Source of the DNA: an uncultured Pelagibacteraceae bacterium
GTDB taxonomy: Bacteria; Pseudomonadota; Alphaproteobacteria; Pelagibacterales; Pelagibacteraceae
Length of the DNA stretch: 64,000 nucleotides
Assembly: GCA_902538745.1 (NCBI GenBank)
Contig: CACBGP010000002.1
Coordinates: forward strand, 15,196 to 79,195
Direction: 5' to 3'
Under the pieces are notes generated by a model, which worked only from the letters and a program-made list of their open reading frames with translations, searched no databases and was not told the origin of the DNA. A program made the translations under genes and the position numbers. Positions 1 to 9,364 of this stretch are shown piece by piece (the first letter of the stretch is position 1; each line of letters begins with the position of its first letter).

Positions 1-205
1 CAAATAAAGTTGTTGTTAAGTCAGGTTTACCAACATTTGCCAACACATTCGGAACTAAATCACATTCATCAAATGATTCTGTGTTTCTTCTTAAAGTAGC
101 TTCATCATCTGAGCCTCCGTCTATGTAATGAAAAATTGGTGATGGTAATTTTTTTTTTGCTAAATTTCTAAAATCTTTAAAATTATAGCAATTTTTTAAA
201 CTCAC
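1..205 (-). CDS. FMN-dependent alpha-hydroxy acid dehydrogenase (LldD-like), second tandem paralog, 5' part only
   Basis: Not in the ORF track. Manual translation from GTG at 205 gives MSLKNCYNFKDFRNLAKKKLPSPIFHYIDGGSDDEATLRRNTESFDECDLVPNVL, closely similar to the N-terminus of the adjacent gene. Its start overlaps that gene's TAG stop. It runs off the window edge. Confidence 0.9.
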   Translation of the reverse strand, partial: MSLKNCYNFKDFRNLAKKKLPSPIFHYIDGGSDDEATLRRNTESFDECDLVPNVLANVGKPDLTTTLF

Positions 206-1362
206 TATCTTCTGAATCTTAAATTATTTCGACTTAAATCACTTATTTTTGTACAGCCCATAAGTTTCATATCACGCACTAGTTCAGCTTTATATTTTTC
301 TAAAGCTCTTTCTACACCTGCTTGACCTCCAGCTGCTAAAGCATAGAGATATAATCTTCCTCCTGAACAAGCCTTGGCACCTAATGATAATGCTTTAAGC
401 ATATGTGTGCCTCTATGAATTCCACCTTCACAAATTACGTCTAATTTATCACCAACTGCATCAACAATTTCTGCAAGTTGATCAAAAGGCGCTCTAGATC
501 CATCTAACTGTCTTCCACCATGATTTGATACCATTATACCTGTGCATCCTATGTCTACTGCTCTTTTTGCATCTTCTACACTCATAACTCCTTTAAGAGC
601 GAAATGACCTCCCCATTTAGAACATAGATTTTCAGCGTCTTTCCAATTCATAGATTGATCCAACATAGTTGAAAAATAATTTCCAATAGATGAGTTAACA
701 TCAGTACCTTCTTTAACGAAATCTTGTAAATGAGGTAATTCAAACTTACCTTTTGTAAGATAATTAATTCCCCACATCGGTTTAGTAGCAAAACTAAATA
801 AACTTGCTAAAGTTAACTTTGGTGGAGAGGTAAATCCTGTTCTTAAGTCTCTCTCTCTATTTCCTCCAGTAATAGTATCAACTGTTAAAGCCATAACATC
901 AAATTTCGCAGCTTTTGCTCTTTCCAAGCAAGAGTCGTTTAAACCTCTGTCTTTATGAAAATAAAATTGAAACATTTTAGGTGTATCAATCATTGAGGAA
1001 ATTTCCTCAACACTGACAGTGGCTAAAGCAGAGACACCAAACATTGTATTGAATTTTTTGGCAGCTTTCCCAACTGCTCTTTCACCGTCATAATGAAAAA
1101 GTCTTTGTAGTGCTGTTGGTGACAGATAAAATGGTAAATCTAATTTTTTACCAAAAATAGTCGTAGATAAATCAACATCCTCAACACCTCTTAAAACATT
1201 GGGTACTAAGTCAACATCGTCAAAAGCACTAGTATTTCTGGCGTAGGTAATCTCATCATCGGCTGCTCCGTCAATATAATGAAAAATAGGTGATGGTAGC
1301 TTAAGCTTAGCAAGTTTTCTAAAATCACCAAAATTGTGACAGTCTTTTAAACTTAATATCAT
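205..1362 (-). CDS. lldD: L-lactate dehydrogenase-like FMN-dependent alpha-hydroxy acid dehydrogenase
   Basis: Motifs FHYIDG, LTVDT, LKGV, VSNHGGRQLD and GR-LY. Start moved from 1428 to ATG 1362 (MILSLKDCH) by comparison with the paralog. Confidence 0.85.
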   Translation of the reverse strand: MILSLKDCHNFGDFRKLAKLKLPSPIFHYIDGAADDEITYARNTSAFDDVDLVPNVLRGVEDVDLSTTIFGKKLDLPFYLSPTALQRLFHYDGERAVGKAAKKFNTMFGVSALATVSVEEISSMIDTPKMFQFYFHKDRGLNDSCLERAKAAKFDVMALTVDTITGGNRERDLRTGFTSPPKLTLASLFSFATKPMWGINYLTKGKFELPHLQDFVKEGTDVNSSIGNYFSTMLDQSMNWKDAENLCSKWGGHFALKGVMSVEDAKRAVDIGCTGIMVSNHGGRQLDGSRAPFDQLAEIVDAVGDKLDVICEGGIHRGTHMLKALSLGAKACSGGRLYLYALAAGGQAGVERALEKYKAELVRDMKLMGCTKISDLSRNNLRFRR

Positions 1363-1372
1363 AAATGTTTCT

Positions 1373-1888
1373 TTAAAAGGTTTTAAAAAAATTAAACATA
1401 TAACTATTTGCCCCAGGATTCTTATCACCTAAGCTAGCATTGGATAAATGGTTATATGAAAAGCCTAATTGGCTATTTTTTGAAAAATTTAATGAAATTT
1501 GAACCTCACTTTTAAATTCCAATAAGTGTCCAAGATCTTTCCCGTCTCCCTGATTATAAAGACCTGGAGTAAAACTAGGTGTAATATTTAATGCTCCCAA
1601 AGAATATTGTGCTTGTATGCCGGTATATAAATAAGCCGCACTATCAGCTGTAAACATAAAACCTGTTATTGGAGAGAGATTACCAAGAAAAGTATCTCTA
1701 TTTAAATCAGTATTTTGGTGTTGGAAACCAATTAAAGTTGATCTCTTTCCATTATCACTAAAATCAAACATACCCGAATAAATATTAAACTTTGTATTAT
1801 CGTCATTAACTTTAGTATCTTCCGCAAAAATTGATGAAGAAATTAAAAAAGACAATATAACCAAATAACAAATTCTTAGATGTTTCAT
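1373..1888 (-). CDS. PagL-family outer-membrane acyloxyacyl hydrolase (lipid A 3-O-deacylase-like)
   Basis: Signal peptide, alternating beta-strand pattern, HLSNA motif followed by NPG, C-terminal Phe. Confidence 0.8.
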   Translation of the reverse strand: MKHLRICYLVILSFLISSSIFAEDTKVNDDNTKFNIYSGMFDFSDNGKRSTLIGFQHQNTDLNRDTFLGNLSPITGFMFTADSAAYLYTGIQAQYSLGALNITPSFTPGLYNQGDGKDLGHLLEFKSEVQISLNFSKNSQLGFSYNHLSNASLGDKNPGANSYMFNFFKTF

Positions 1889-2256
1889 AATTTTTTTTTT
1901 TTTAATATAACTTTTCTAAGTATTATTGCACCACCAAATACAAACATCAATATCGGCAATAACCAAAGAAAATAGGTGTTTTTATTGAATCCTGGATCAT
2001 ACAAAATCCAATCTCCATATTTATTTTTCAAATAATCGTATACTTGTTCCTCATTTAAACCATCATTTAATTTTTTTTCTACTAAAATTTTTAAACTATT
2101 AGCAAATTCAGAGTCAGAGTCATACACTGATTGCCCTTGACAAATTAAACATCTTAAATTTTTTGTAATTTCGGTTCCTAAATTTTTAGCTTTTAAATCA
2201 GAGGAAAAAAAATTAATCAAAAAAATAACTGTAATTAAAAGCTTTAAAATATTCAT
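1885..2256 (-). CDS. ccmH: Cytochrome c biogenesis protein CcmH (CycL)
   Basis: LRCLICQGQS motif, YGDWILYDP, C-terminal TM helix, position in the ccm operon. Confidence 0.92.
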   Translation of the reverse strand: MNILKLLITVIFLINFFSSDLKAKNLGTEITKNLRCLICQGQSVYDSDSEFANSLKILVEKKLNDGLNEEQVYDYLKNKYGDWILYDPGFNKNTYFLWLLPILMFVFGGAIILRKVILKKKKL

Positions 2257-2771
2257 TGGGTCAATTCTTTTATCTCAGAAAATAATTTTTCATTCAAAGG
2301 ACCAATTATTTTTTTTATTATTTGATTATTTTTGATTAAAAAGCTCTCAGGTACTCCATATGCACCCCATTCAATTGCTATCGTGCCCTCATTATCTGAA
2401 AAAATTAAATCGTATGGATTATCTAACTTTATCAAAAAATTTTTAGCATTAGCAAAATTATCTTTGTAATTTTGTCCAATAATTTTAATATTTTCTTTTT
2501 TACTTAAATCCATTAAGTACTTATGTTCCTCTTCACAGGGAATACACCACGAGGCCCAAATATTTAATAAATAGTATTCACTCCCTATAAAAATTTGATC
2601 TGAATTTACGTTATCTTTTGAAAAAAACTCTTTTGCTTCAAAACTTGGAATTTTAATTTCTGATTTGATTTCAGGAGTATAAATATTAGAATTTTGTAAA
2701 CCCTTATAAAAAACATAAAAAGTTATTGAGAATGTTATGATTAAAAATATAGGAAAAATTTTAGTTTTCAT
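2253..2771 (-). CDS. ccmG: Thiol:disulfide interchange protein CcmG/DsbE
   Basis: NIWASWCIPC thioredoxin motif, GAYGVPESF, N-terminal membrane anchor. Confidence 0.92.
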   Translation of the reverse strand: MKTKIFPIFLIITFSITFYVFYKGLQNSNIYTPEIKSEIKIPSFEAKEFFSKDNVNSDQIFIGSEYYLLNIWASWCIPCEEEHKYLMDLSKKENIKIIGQNYKDNFANAKNFLIKLDNPYDLIFSDNEGTIAIEWGAYGVPESFLIKNNQIIKKIIGPLNEKLFSEIKELTQ

Positions 2772-4638
2772 ACTTTTTTCTAATAAAACTTAAACTACCA
2801 CTGAAACACAATAGAATTGTAGAAATCCAAATCCAAATCATAAATGGTTTTACCTGATAACGAATATTGAAATAATCTTGATTTTGAACATAATTCATTG
2901 TCATAAATTTATCAGTGAAAATATTTGTTTTGATATCTGCTTCACTAGTAACAATATTTGGTTGATTATATATTCTTAATTCGGGTTGCATCACTTCAAT
3001 TGATCCACTTCTATCCTCTACAATAAATTTTCCCCTAATAGCTTTAAAATTTTGTTTATTTTCTTGCTCAATGCTTTCAAAATTAATCTTCAAATTTTGA
3101 TCTTGATAAGTTTCATTAATTTTTAAATTTGTAATAATTTCAGACGAAAAAATATTATTAAATAAAATACTTAGTATTAAAATGCTAAAACTAAAATGCG
3201 CTATTATTTGTGATAAGTTTCTATATTTTGCATGAAAAAAATCTCTAAGAGTAATAAAAAATAAATAAAAAGCTGCTGTGATTAAAACTGTATTGTAAAG
3301 AAAATTAATATCTAAATTTCTTATTATCAATATGGATAAAATTAAAGAAACAATAAAAAATAAAATTAAATAAATTTTGTCTTCAACATCTGATTTAATC
3401 CACTTTAATTTAGGGCCTATTGCCATCGCCAACATAAAAGGAATTAAAAAAGGTAGTATCAATTTGTTAAAAAATGGTGGACCTACAGATATTTTTTGAG
3501 ATGAAATTACCTCTAAAAATATTGGATAAATTGTTCCGATTAAAACAACAGATAAAAAATACATCATAAACCAATTATTAACTAAAATTGATGTTTCCTT
3601 GCTTAATAAATAGAAAGTTTTGGTGTTATTGTTTTCGCTTTTATGAAAAATTAAAAAAATAAAAAAAGATAAGAATATCAAAATAAATAAAAATATTAGA
3701 ATATACAAACCTCTTTCTGGATCATTGGCAAATGTATGAACGGAATTTAAAATACCTGATCGGACCAGAAAAGTACCACACATACTTAATGTAAAAGTTG
3801 CAATTGATAAAACAATAACCCACGAGGTAAGAATTAGTTTTTTTTCTAAAACTAGTACACAATGTAGTAAAGTTGTTAGTGCAAACCATGGCATTAAAGA
3901 TACGTTTTCAACCGGATCCCAAAACCAAAAACCTCCCCAACCTAACTCATAATAAGCCCATATTGATCCAAGTAAAATTCCTAAAGTTAAAAAAATCCAA
4001 GAAACTAAAACCCATTTTTTTATATGTGATGCCCACATTTTTGTTATATTGTTTGAACATACTGCTGCAAGTGCCGAGGAAAAAATTATAGAAGTTCCAA
4101 CATAACCTAAATATAAAATTGGTGGGTGAATTGCTAATGCAGGGTCTTGCAATATAGGATTTAAACCTAATCCCTCTTTTGGAATCGGAAAAACATGATT
4201 AAAAGGATTAGAGGTTTGTATAAGAAAAATAAAAAAACCTATTATTATTATCTGCTGAAATAATAAAGTTAAAATTCTATAATTGTTTGGCTGATTTTTT
4301 GATTTCAACAAAAAAACAAATATAAATAATGTTAAGACTAACAACCATAGTAATAGACTTCCTTCATGATTGCCCCAAGTACCAGAGATTTTATAAAAAA
4401 GAGGTTTAGTTGTGTGGGAATGATTAAAAACGGTCTCATTACTAAAATCAGAGTTTACAAAAGATAAAATTAAACCTGAGAAACTTATTATCACGAAAAA
4501 AAGTTGTAAGAAGACTAATGATATTACTTTAATATTAAGATTTTGAGTGTCATTAAAATTTTTAATTGAAAAAAATATAACTAGAATTGAAATACCAACG
4601 CCAAAAATTAAAGAATAATATCCAATTAAACTTGACAT
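2761..4638 (-). CDS. ccmF: Heme lyase CcmF
   Basis: WGNHEGSLLLW, HPPILYLGY, WAYYELGWGGFWFWDPVEN and SVHTFA motifs. Confidence 0.97.
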   Translation of the reverse strand: MSSLIGYYSLIFGVGISILVIFFSIKNFNDTQNLNIKVISLVFLQLFFVIISFSGLILSFVNSDFSNETVFNHSHTTKPLFYKISGTWGNHEGSLLLWLLVLTLFIFVFLLKSKNQPNNYRILTLLFQQIIIIGFFIFLIQTSNPFNHVFPIPKEGLGLNPILQDPALAIHPPILYLGYVGTSIIFSSALAAVCSNNITKMWASHIKKWVLVSWIFLTLGILLGSIWAYYELGWGGFWFWDPVENVSLMPWFALTTLLHCVLVLEKKLILTSWVIVLSIATFTLSMCGTFLVRSGILNSVHTFANDPERGLYILIFLFILIFLSFFIFLIFHKSENNNTKTFYLLSKETSILVNNWFMMYFLSVVLIGTIYPIFLEVISSQKISVGPPFFNKLILPFLIPFMLAMAIGPKLKWIKSDVEDKIYLILFFIVSLILSILIIRNLDINFLYNTVLITAAFYLFFITLRDFFHAKYRNLSQIIAHFSFSILILSILFNNIFSSEIITNLKINETYQDQNLKINFESIEQENKQNFKAIRGKFIVEDRSGSIEVMQPELRIYNQPNIVTSEADIKTNIFTDKFMTMNYVQNQDYFNIRYQVKPFMIWIWISTILLCFSGSLSFIRKKYEN

Positions 4639-4639
4639 T

Positions 4640-5059
4640 TTATTTCTCCTCTAAAGCAGCCTTAACTTCGGGAGGCATGTAATTTTCATCATGTTTAGCT
4701 AAAATTTTAGTTGCCGAAAAAAAATTTTCATCTTGTAAAAATCCTTCTGCAACAACACCTTTACCTTCTTCAAAAAGATTAGGTATTAATCCTGAATAAA
4801 CAACGTTAATTTCACTTTTAAAGTCTGTGATAACAAAACTTAATTCTTTATTTACAATAGAAATTGAGTCAGCTTTTACCATTCCTCCAATTCTAATCTT
4901 TTTTTGCTGCTTTTCAGATAAAACTTTTACCTCAGATGGAGATTTAAAATAAATAACATTTTCTTCCAAAGATTTTAAAATAAGAAATACTGTCAAACTT
5001 AATGTAACAATAATTAAGAAAACGAAAAAAAATCTTAGTTTAACTTTGCGACCATACAT
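4640..5059 (-). CDS. ccmE: Heme chaperone CcmE
   Basis: [21 protein letters not shown] and the LAKHDENY heme-binding motif. Confidence 0.96.
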   Translation of the reverse strand: MYGRKVKLRFFFVFLIIVTLSLTVFLILKSLEENVIYFKSPSEVKVLSEKQQKKIRIGGMVKADSISIVNKELSFVITDFKSEINVVYSGLIPNLFEEGKGVVAEGFLQDENFFSATKILAKHDENYMPPEVKAALEEK

Positions 5060-5070
5060 GGCTTAAAAAG

Positions 5071-5298
5071 TTAAATTGTTGAAGTGTTGGACAAAATCTC
5101 TCTATTAATTCTTTGTAGTTTAGCAGAGGCAGCTCTTTCAGCGTTTAGGTTCCCAAATTTAGCTTTAAACTTATTTTTTTCTTTTATGTACTGACTCTTA
5201 GTGACGACATATAAAGAAATAAAACTTAAAAAAGTAAAAGCAAATGAACTCCAAACATAAATCCCATATCCACTCATATAAAATAATTCAGTTATCAT
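5071..5298 (-). CDS. ccmD: Heme exporter protein CcmD
   Basis: MSGYGIYVWSSF motif, single TM helix, located between ccmC and ccmE. Confidence 0.88.
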   Translation of the reverse strand: MITELFYMSGYGIYVWSSFAFTFLSFISLYVVTKSQYIKEKNKFKAKFGNLNAERAASAKLQRINREILSNTSTI

Positions 5299-6002
5299 AA
5301 TCTGTCTAAACCCTTATTTTTAATTTTTATCAGTTCTGTATTATATTTCATTAAAAAAATTAACAACGAGAATAGGGCAAATGCCGCAGTCATAATCAAC
5401 AAAGGTACTAACATTGAAGAATGAATTGTAGATTTTGATAAAATATTTATTGATGCCGGCTGGTGAAGTGTGTTCCACCAATCTACTGAATACTTAATAA
5501 TTGGAACATTTATTATTCCTAAAATTGTTATGATTGAGGTAATTTTAAAAACTTGTTCTTTATTATCATAAATTCTCCAAGCCAGTAAAAACATTAAATA
5601 AAAAAGAGCGAGAATTAACATGGAAGTGATTCTAGCATCCCAAGCCCACCATGTTCCCCAAGTTGGTTTGCCCCAAATAGATCCTGTGACTAAACCGATA
5701 ATATTAAAGACGAAACCTGACGGAGCTAAACTTTTAGCAATCAAAAAAAAATTTTTTAACTTAAAGATGTAACCAGTTATTGATAAAAATGTGATTGAGG
5801 AAAAAATACCTAGTGCCAACCATGCTGCAGGGACGTGAACATACATAATTCTAACTGAATGACTTTGCAAATAGTCCTCAGGGGACAATAATAAAGACTC
5901 AATAAGACCAATAGTTAAAACTATTACAAGTAGATATAGAACATACCTCGGAGCTTTTGAGGTGATTAAAAATATTTTGTTTGGTTCAAAATGTTTAAAC
6001 AT
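5295..6002 (-). CDS. ccmC: Heme exporter permease CcmC
   Basis: YVHVP, WGKPTWGTWWAWDAR (WWD domain) and WWNTLHQ motifs. Confidence 0.96.
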   Translation of the reverse strand: MFKHFEPNKIFLITSKAPRYVLYLLVIVLTIGLIESLLLSPEDYLQSHSVRIMYVHVPAAWLALGIFSSITFLSITGYIFKLKNFFLIAKSLAPSGFVFNIIGLVTGSIWGKPTWGTWWAWDARITSMLILALFYLMFLLAWRIYDNKEQVFKITSIITILGIINVPIIKYSVDWWNTLHQPASINILSKSTIHSSMLVPLLIMTAAFALFSLLIFLMKYNTELIKIKNKGLDRL

Positions 6003-6039
6003 AAAAGATATATACTAATTAATATGCTTAATATAATGT

Positions 6040-6113
6040 GAAAAATTATCCGATCAAGAATGCAGAGGGAGATAATAACGAAGGGTAAAATTTTAGCACC
6101 CTTGATCGAATTA
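6040..6113 (-). ncRNA. Candidate structured RNA (sRNA or ccm leader): long hairpin with a pyrimidine-rich loop
   Basis: On the minus strand CGAUCAAGGGUGC (6108-6096) pairs with GCAUUCUUGAUCG (6063-6051), 13 bp with two G-U pairs. The loop contains ACCCUUC and CUCCCUCU. The stem is followed by AUAAUUUUU and preceded by an extended -10. Confidence 0.5.
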
Positions 6114-6118
6114 TATAC

Positions 6119-6127
6119 ATTATAACA
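6119..6127 (-). promoter_or_regulatory. Extended -10 element (TGTTATAAT)
   Basis: Exact TGnTATAAT match about 10 nt upstream of the hairpin core; no clear -35. Confidence 0.5.
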
Positions 6128-6174
6128 GGATCGTGTGTCTAAGTTTTGAGCTAATTGTGTTTAAAAAATGGATT

Positions 6175-6495
6175 TTAGTTAGATTGCTTGAAATAACTTG
6201 AGCCTTTTTTACCGGAAAAGATTTCCTCTATAAGTGGGTGCTTTATTGGCTCATTAGAGTTGTCAACTAATAAATTCTGCTCTGAAACATATGCCTCATA
6301 TGTAATTTCATCATTTTCAGCCAATAAATGATAAAACGGTTGGTCTTTTCTTGGTCTAACATTTTTTGGAATAGACTGATACCATTCTTCGGAATTGTTA
6401 AATTCAAAATCAACATCATAAATGACGCCTCTAAATTCAAAGTGTTTATGTTTTACAATGTCACCAATTGAAAATTTTGCTTTTTGAATTGCCAT
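6175..6495 (-). CDS. hspQ: Heat shock protein HspQ
   Basis: AKFSIGDIVKH, FRGVIYDVD, RPRKDQPFYHLLAEN and AYVSEQNL. Confidence 0.93.
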   Translation of the reverse strand: MAIQKAKFSIGDIVKHKHFEFRGVIYDVDFEFNNSEEWYQSIPKNVRPRKDQPFYHLLAENDEITYEAYVSEQNLLVDNSNEPIKHPLIEEIFSGKKGSSYFKQSN

Positions 6496-6502
6496 TCAAA
6501 GA

Positions 6503-6530
6503 TTATGGGTATTTAAAAATAAAAATCAAT
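6503..6530 (-). promoter_or_regulatory. Putative sigma32 (RpoH) promoter of hspQ
   Basis: ATTGAT-N15-CCCATAA immediately upstream of a heat-shock gene. Confidence 0.45.
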
Positions 6531-6583
6531 AGGAAAAAATATAAAGTTTTTATTAAAATTTTATTTGTGTTAATATCTTTTTT

Positions 6584-7135
6584 GTGAATAAATCCATAAT
6601 TAAATTTCTTACCGATTTTGGACCGCTTATAATTTTTTTTTACTACTATTACGATAGTGACAAAGATTTAAAGATTGCAATTCCACCTTTTATAATTGCA
6701 ACTATTATTGCGCTAATAATTATGTGGATTTTAGAGAAAAAAATTCCTAAAGTTCCTTTGATCAGTGGAATACTAATTACATTATTTGGCGGACTAACTA
6801 TCTATTTTGATAATCCAATTTTCATTTATATTAAACCAACTATTATAAATATTTTATTCGGATTGTCTTTAATATTTGGTAGATATTTTACAAATGAGCC
6901 CGTGCTTAAAAAAATTATGGGTGGTTCAATTTCATTATCAGATACAGGCTGGGAAATATTAAATAAAAGATGGATATATTTTTTCTTCGGATTGGCATTT
7001 TTAAATGAGTTAGTATGGAGAACTCAAACTGAAGAGTTTTGGGTTAACTTTAAAGTATGGGGCTTATTACCTATCACATTTATTTTCACCGCTTTTCAAA
7101 TCAGTATAATTAATAAATATAAAGTTAATGAATAA
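6584..7135 (+). CDS. yciB: Inner membrane protein YciB/IspZ (septation protein A)
   Basis: DFGPLIIFF, FGGLTI, IKPTII and WVNFKVWG motifs. Confidence 0.9.
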   Translation: MNKSIIKFLTDFGPLIIFFYYYYDSDKDLKIAIPPFIIATIIALIIMWILEKKIPKVPLISGILITLFGGLTIYFDNPIFIYIKPTIINILFGLSLIFGRYFTNEPVLKKIMGGSISLSDTGWEILNKRWIYFFFGLAFLNELVWRTQTEEFWVNFKVWGLLPITFIFTAFQISIINKYKVNE

Positions 7136-7475
7136 CAACTTACGATTAATCATAAATAATACGCACAATAAAAGCATCAATGAAAAATATTTTTTTGAAA
7201 AAAACGAACTTAAAATAATTCTGGATTTATATGCTAAAATGGTTTCTGAAGGATCATGGAGAGATTATGGATTAAGTATTTCTAGTAAACAGGTTGGGTT
7301 TAGTGTTTTTAAGAATGCTGCTGAAAACGCTCTATATAAAATCTGTAAAAATTTTAAACCAAAAAACAAAAATTTAAGATATTTGATTACCGATACAAAT
7401 GGCAAAATTTTGAAAAATTCTGACGATCTAAGTAGTTTGCTGAAAAATACTAATTGGAAAAAACTTTCAGATTAA
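7128..7475 (+). CDS. DUF2794 family protein
   Basis: FEKNELKIILDLYAKMVSEGSWRDYG motif typical of this alphaproteobacterial family. Confidence 0.75.
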   Translation: MNNNLRLIINNTHNKSINEKYFFEKNELKIILDLYAKMVSEGSWRDYGLSISSKQVGFSVFKNAAENALYKICKNFKPKNKNLRYLITDTNGKILKNSDDLSSLLKNTNWKKLSD

Positions 7476-7477
7476 GG

Positions 7478-8242
7478 TTATCTTCTTTGACCAAAAAGTC
7501 TAAGGAGCATAATAAATAGATTTATGAAATCAAGATACAAGGTTAAAGCACCCATTACAGCCTTTTTACCCATTAATTCACCAGTATCACTTGCAACATA
7601 CATATTTTTTATTTTTTGAGTATCATAAGCAGTTAAACCAACAAATATAAGCACACCTAAAATTGAAATAACAAAATACATCATAGAAGATTTCATGAAA
7701 ATATTTACCAATGAAGCAATGATGATTCCAATCAATCCCATCATCAAGAAAGAGCCCAATTTCGTTAAGTCTCTTTTTGTTGTATATCCATAAATGCTCA
7801 TCGCACCAAAAGTTGCTGATGATATAAAGAAAACTCTAGTTACACTTAAACCAGTATACACTAGTAATATTGATGAAAGAGATAATCCCATTAACGCAGC
7901 AAAAACCCAAAAAGTGGTTTGTGCTTTTCCAGCGCTCATTTTATTTATCCCAAAGCTCATGTAAAACACAATTGCTAATGGAGCTAACATTACAACCCAT
8001 TTCAATCCGGACATATAAATTGCTGAACCAAAACTAGTTAATGCAACAATAGATCCACCGGCATCAGTTACTACGGACATTTTAAAGGATAATAAAGCTA
8101 CAATCCCTGTTAAAAGAACACCAGTTGCCATATAATTGTAAACTTTTAGCATATAGGCTCTTAAGCCTTCATCAATAACCGCAGTTGTCTCTTGCGCTGC
8201 AGCTTTTGCTCTTGCTAAGATTCCTTTTTTATCAAATTCCAT
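7478..8242 (-). CDS. Bax inhibitor-1/YccA family membrane protein
   Basis: DEGLRAYMLKVYNYM, YGYTTKRDL, AYDTQKIK and ALTLYLDFINLF. Confidence 0.93.
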   Translation of the reverse strand: MEFDKKGILARAKAAAQETTAVIDEGLRAYMLKVYNYMATGVLLTGIVALLSFKMSVVTDAGGSIVALTSFGSAIYMSGLKWVVMLAPLAIVFYMSFGINKMSAGKAQTTFWVFAALMGLSLSSILLVYTGLSVTRVFFISSATFGAMSIYGYTTKRDLTKLGSFLMMGLIGIIIASLVNIFMKSSMMYFVISILGVLIFVGLTAYDTQKIKNMYVASDTGELMGKKAVMGALTLYLDFINLFIMLLRLFGQRR

Positions 8243-8323
8243 AATTACTATAGATATATAGTCTTTTACTAATTATTCAAGATACCTTAAAAGATTAATA
8301 AATATTAACACTTTAAAACCACT

Positions 8324-9364
8324 ATGAATTACAAAAAATTAGGTAATACTGATCTTGACGTTAGTACAATTTGTCTCGGTACAATGACCTGGGGAGAACA
8401 AAATACGGAAGAAGAAGGTTTCGAGCAAATGGACTGGGCATTAGATCATGGGGTAAACTTCTGGGATACAGCAGAAATTTATTCTATTCCCATGAGAAAA
8501 GAAACTTATGGTGAAACAGAGAGAATAATTGGAAACTGGTTTAAAAAAACAAATAAAAGAGACAAAGTTGTAATTGCCACAAAAGTCTGTGGAAATACAT
8601 CAAATAAATATATTCGGGGTGGTGGAAATAATTTTGGAAAAAAGAAGATTTCAGATGCTTTAGAAGAAAGCCTTAAAAGGTTAAAGACAGACTATATAGA
8701 TTTATATCAACTTCATTGGCCTGAGAGAAATACTAATTTTTTTGGAAAACATGGTTACGAGCATGATGAAAACGATAATGACTGGACACCATTTGAGGAA
8801 ATACTTGAAAATCTAGAAAATTTTATTAAGCAGGGAAAAATTAGATATGTAGGTTTGTCTAACGAGACAGCATGGGGTTTGTCAAAATTTCTTGAAATCT
8901 CTAAGTTAAAAAATCTTCCTAAAATGATGTCTGTTCAAAACCCTTATAATTTACTCAATAGATCTTATGAAGTTGGATTAGCAGAAATTTCAGTAAGAGA
9001 GAAAAGTGGATTGTTAGCCTATTCACCACTAGCATTTGGTTACTTAACGGGAAAATATAGGAATAATAATTTGCCTGAAAAATCAAGAATGAAACTATTT
9101 AAAGATTTTACAAGATATAAAAACGAAAATGGTCAAAACGCAATTGAGGAATATTATAAAATATCAAAAAAATTTAACGTTGATTTTACCCAAATGTCTT
9201 TAAAATTTTGTGAGATTCAGCCTTTTGTAACAAGTGTAATTATTGGAGCAACGACAATGGAACAGTTGAAAACAAATATAGAAAGTGTAAATGTAACTCT
9301 ATCAGGTGAAATACTAAATGAAATTAATAATATTCAAAAAAAATACCCAAACCCATGCCCATAA
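8324..9364 (+). CDS. NADP(H)-dependent aldo/keto reductase (Tas-like)
   Basis: LGTMTWGEQN, DTAEIY, DYIDLYQLHWP, GLSNET and AYSPLAFG. Confidence 0.92.
   Translation: MNYKKLGNTDLDVSTICLGTMTWGEQNTEEEGFEQMDWALDHGVNFWDTAEIYSIPMRKETYGETERIIGNWFKKTNKRDKVVIATKVCGNTSNKYIRGGGNNFGKKKISDALEESLKRLKTDYIDLYQLHWPERNTNFFGKHGYEHDENDNDWTPFEEILENLENFIKQGKIRYVGLSNETAWGLSKFLEISKLKNLPKMMSVQNPYNLLNRSYEVGLAEISVREKSGLLAYSPLAFGYLTGKYRNNNLPEKSRMKLFKDFTRYKNENGQNAIEEYYKISKKFNVDFTQMSLKFCEIQPFVTSVIIGATTMEQLKTNIESVNVTLSGEILNEINNIQKKYPNPCP

Noticed and set aside
1885-6002. ccmA, ccmB and ccmI are missing from the ccm cluster
   Set aside because: Split ccm loci are common in alphaproteobacteria; absence cannot be judged from one window.
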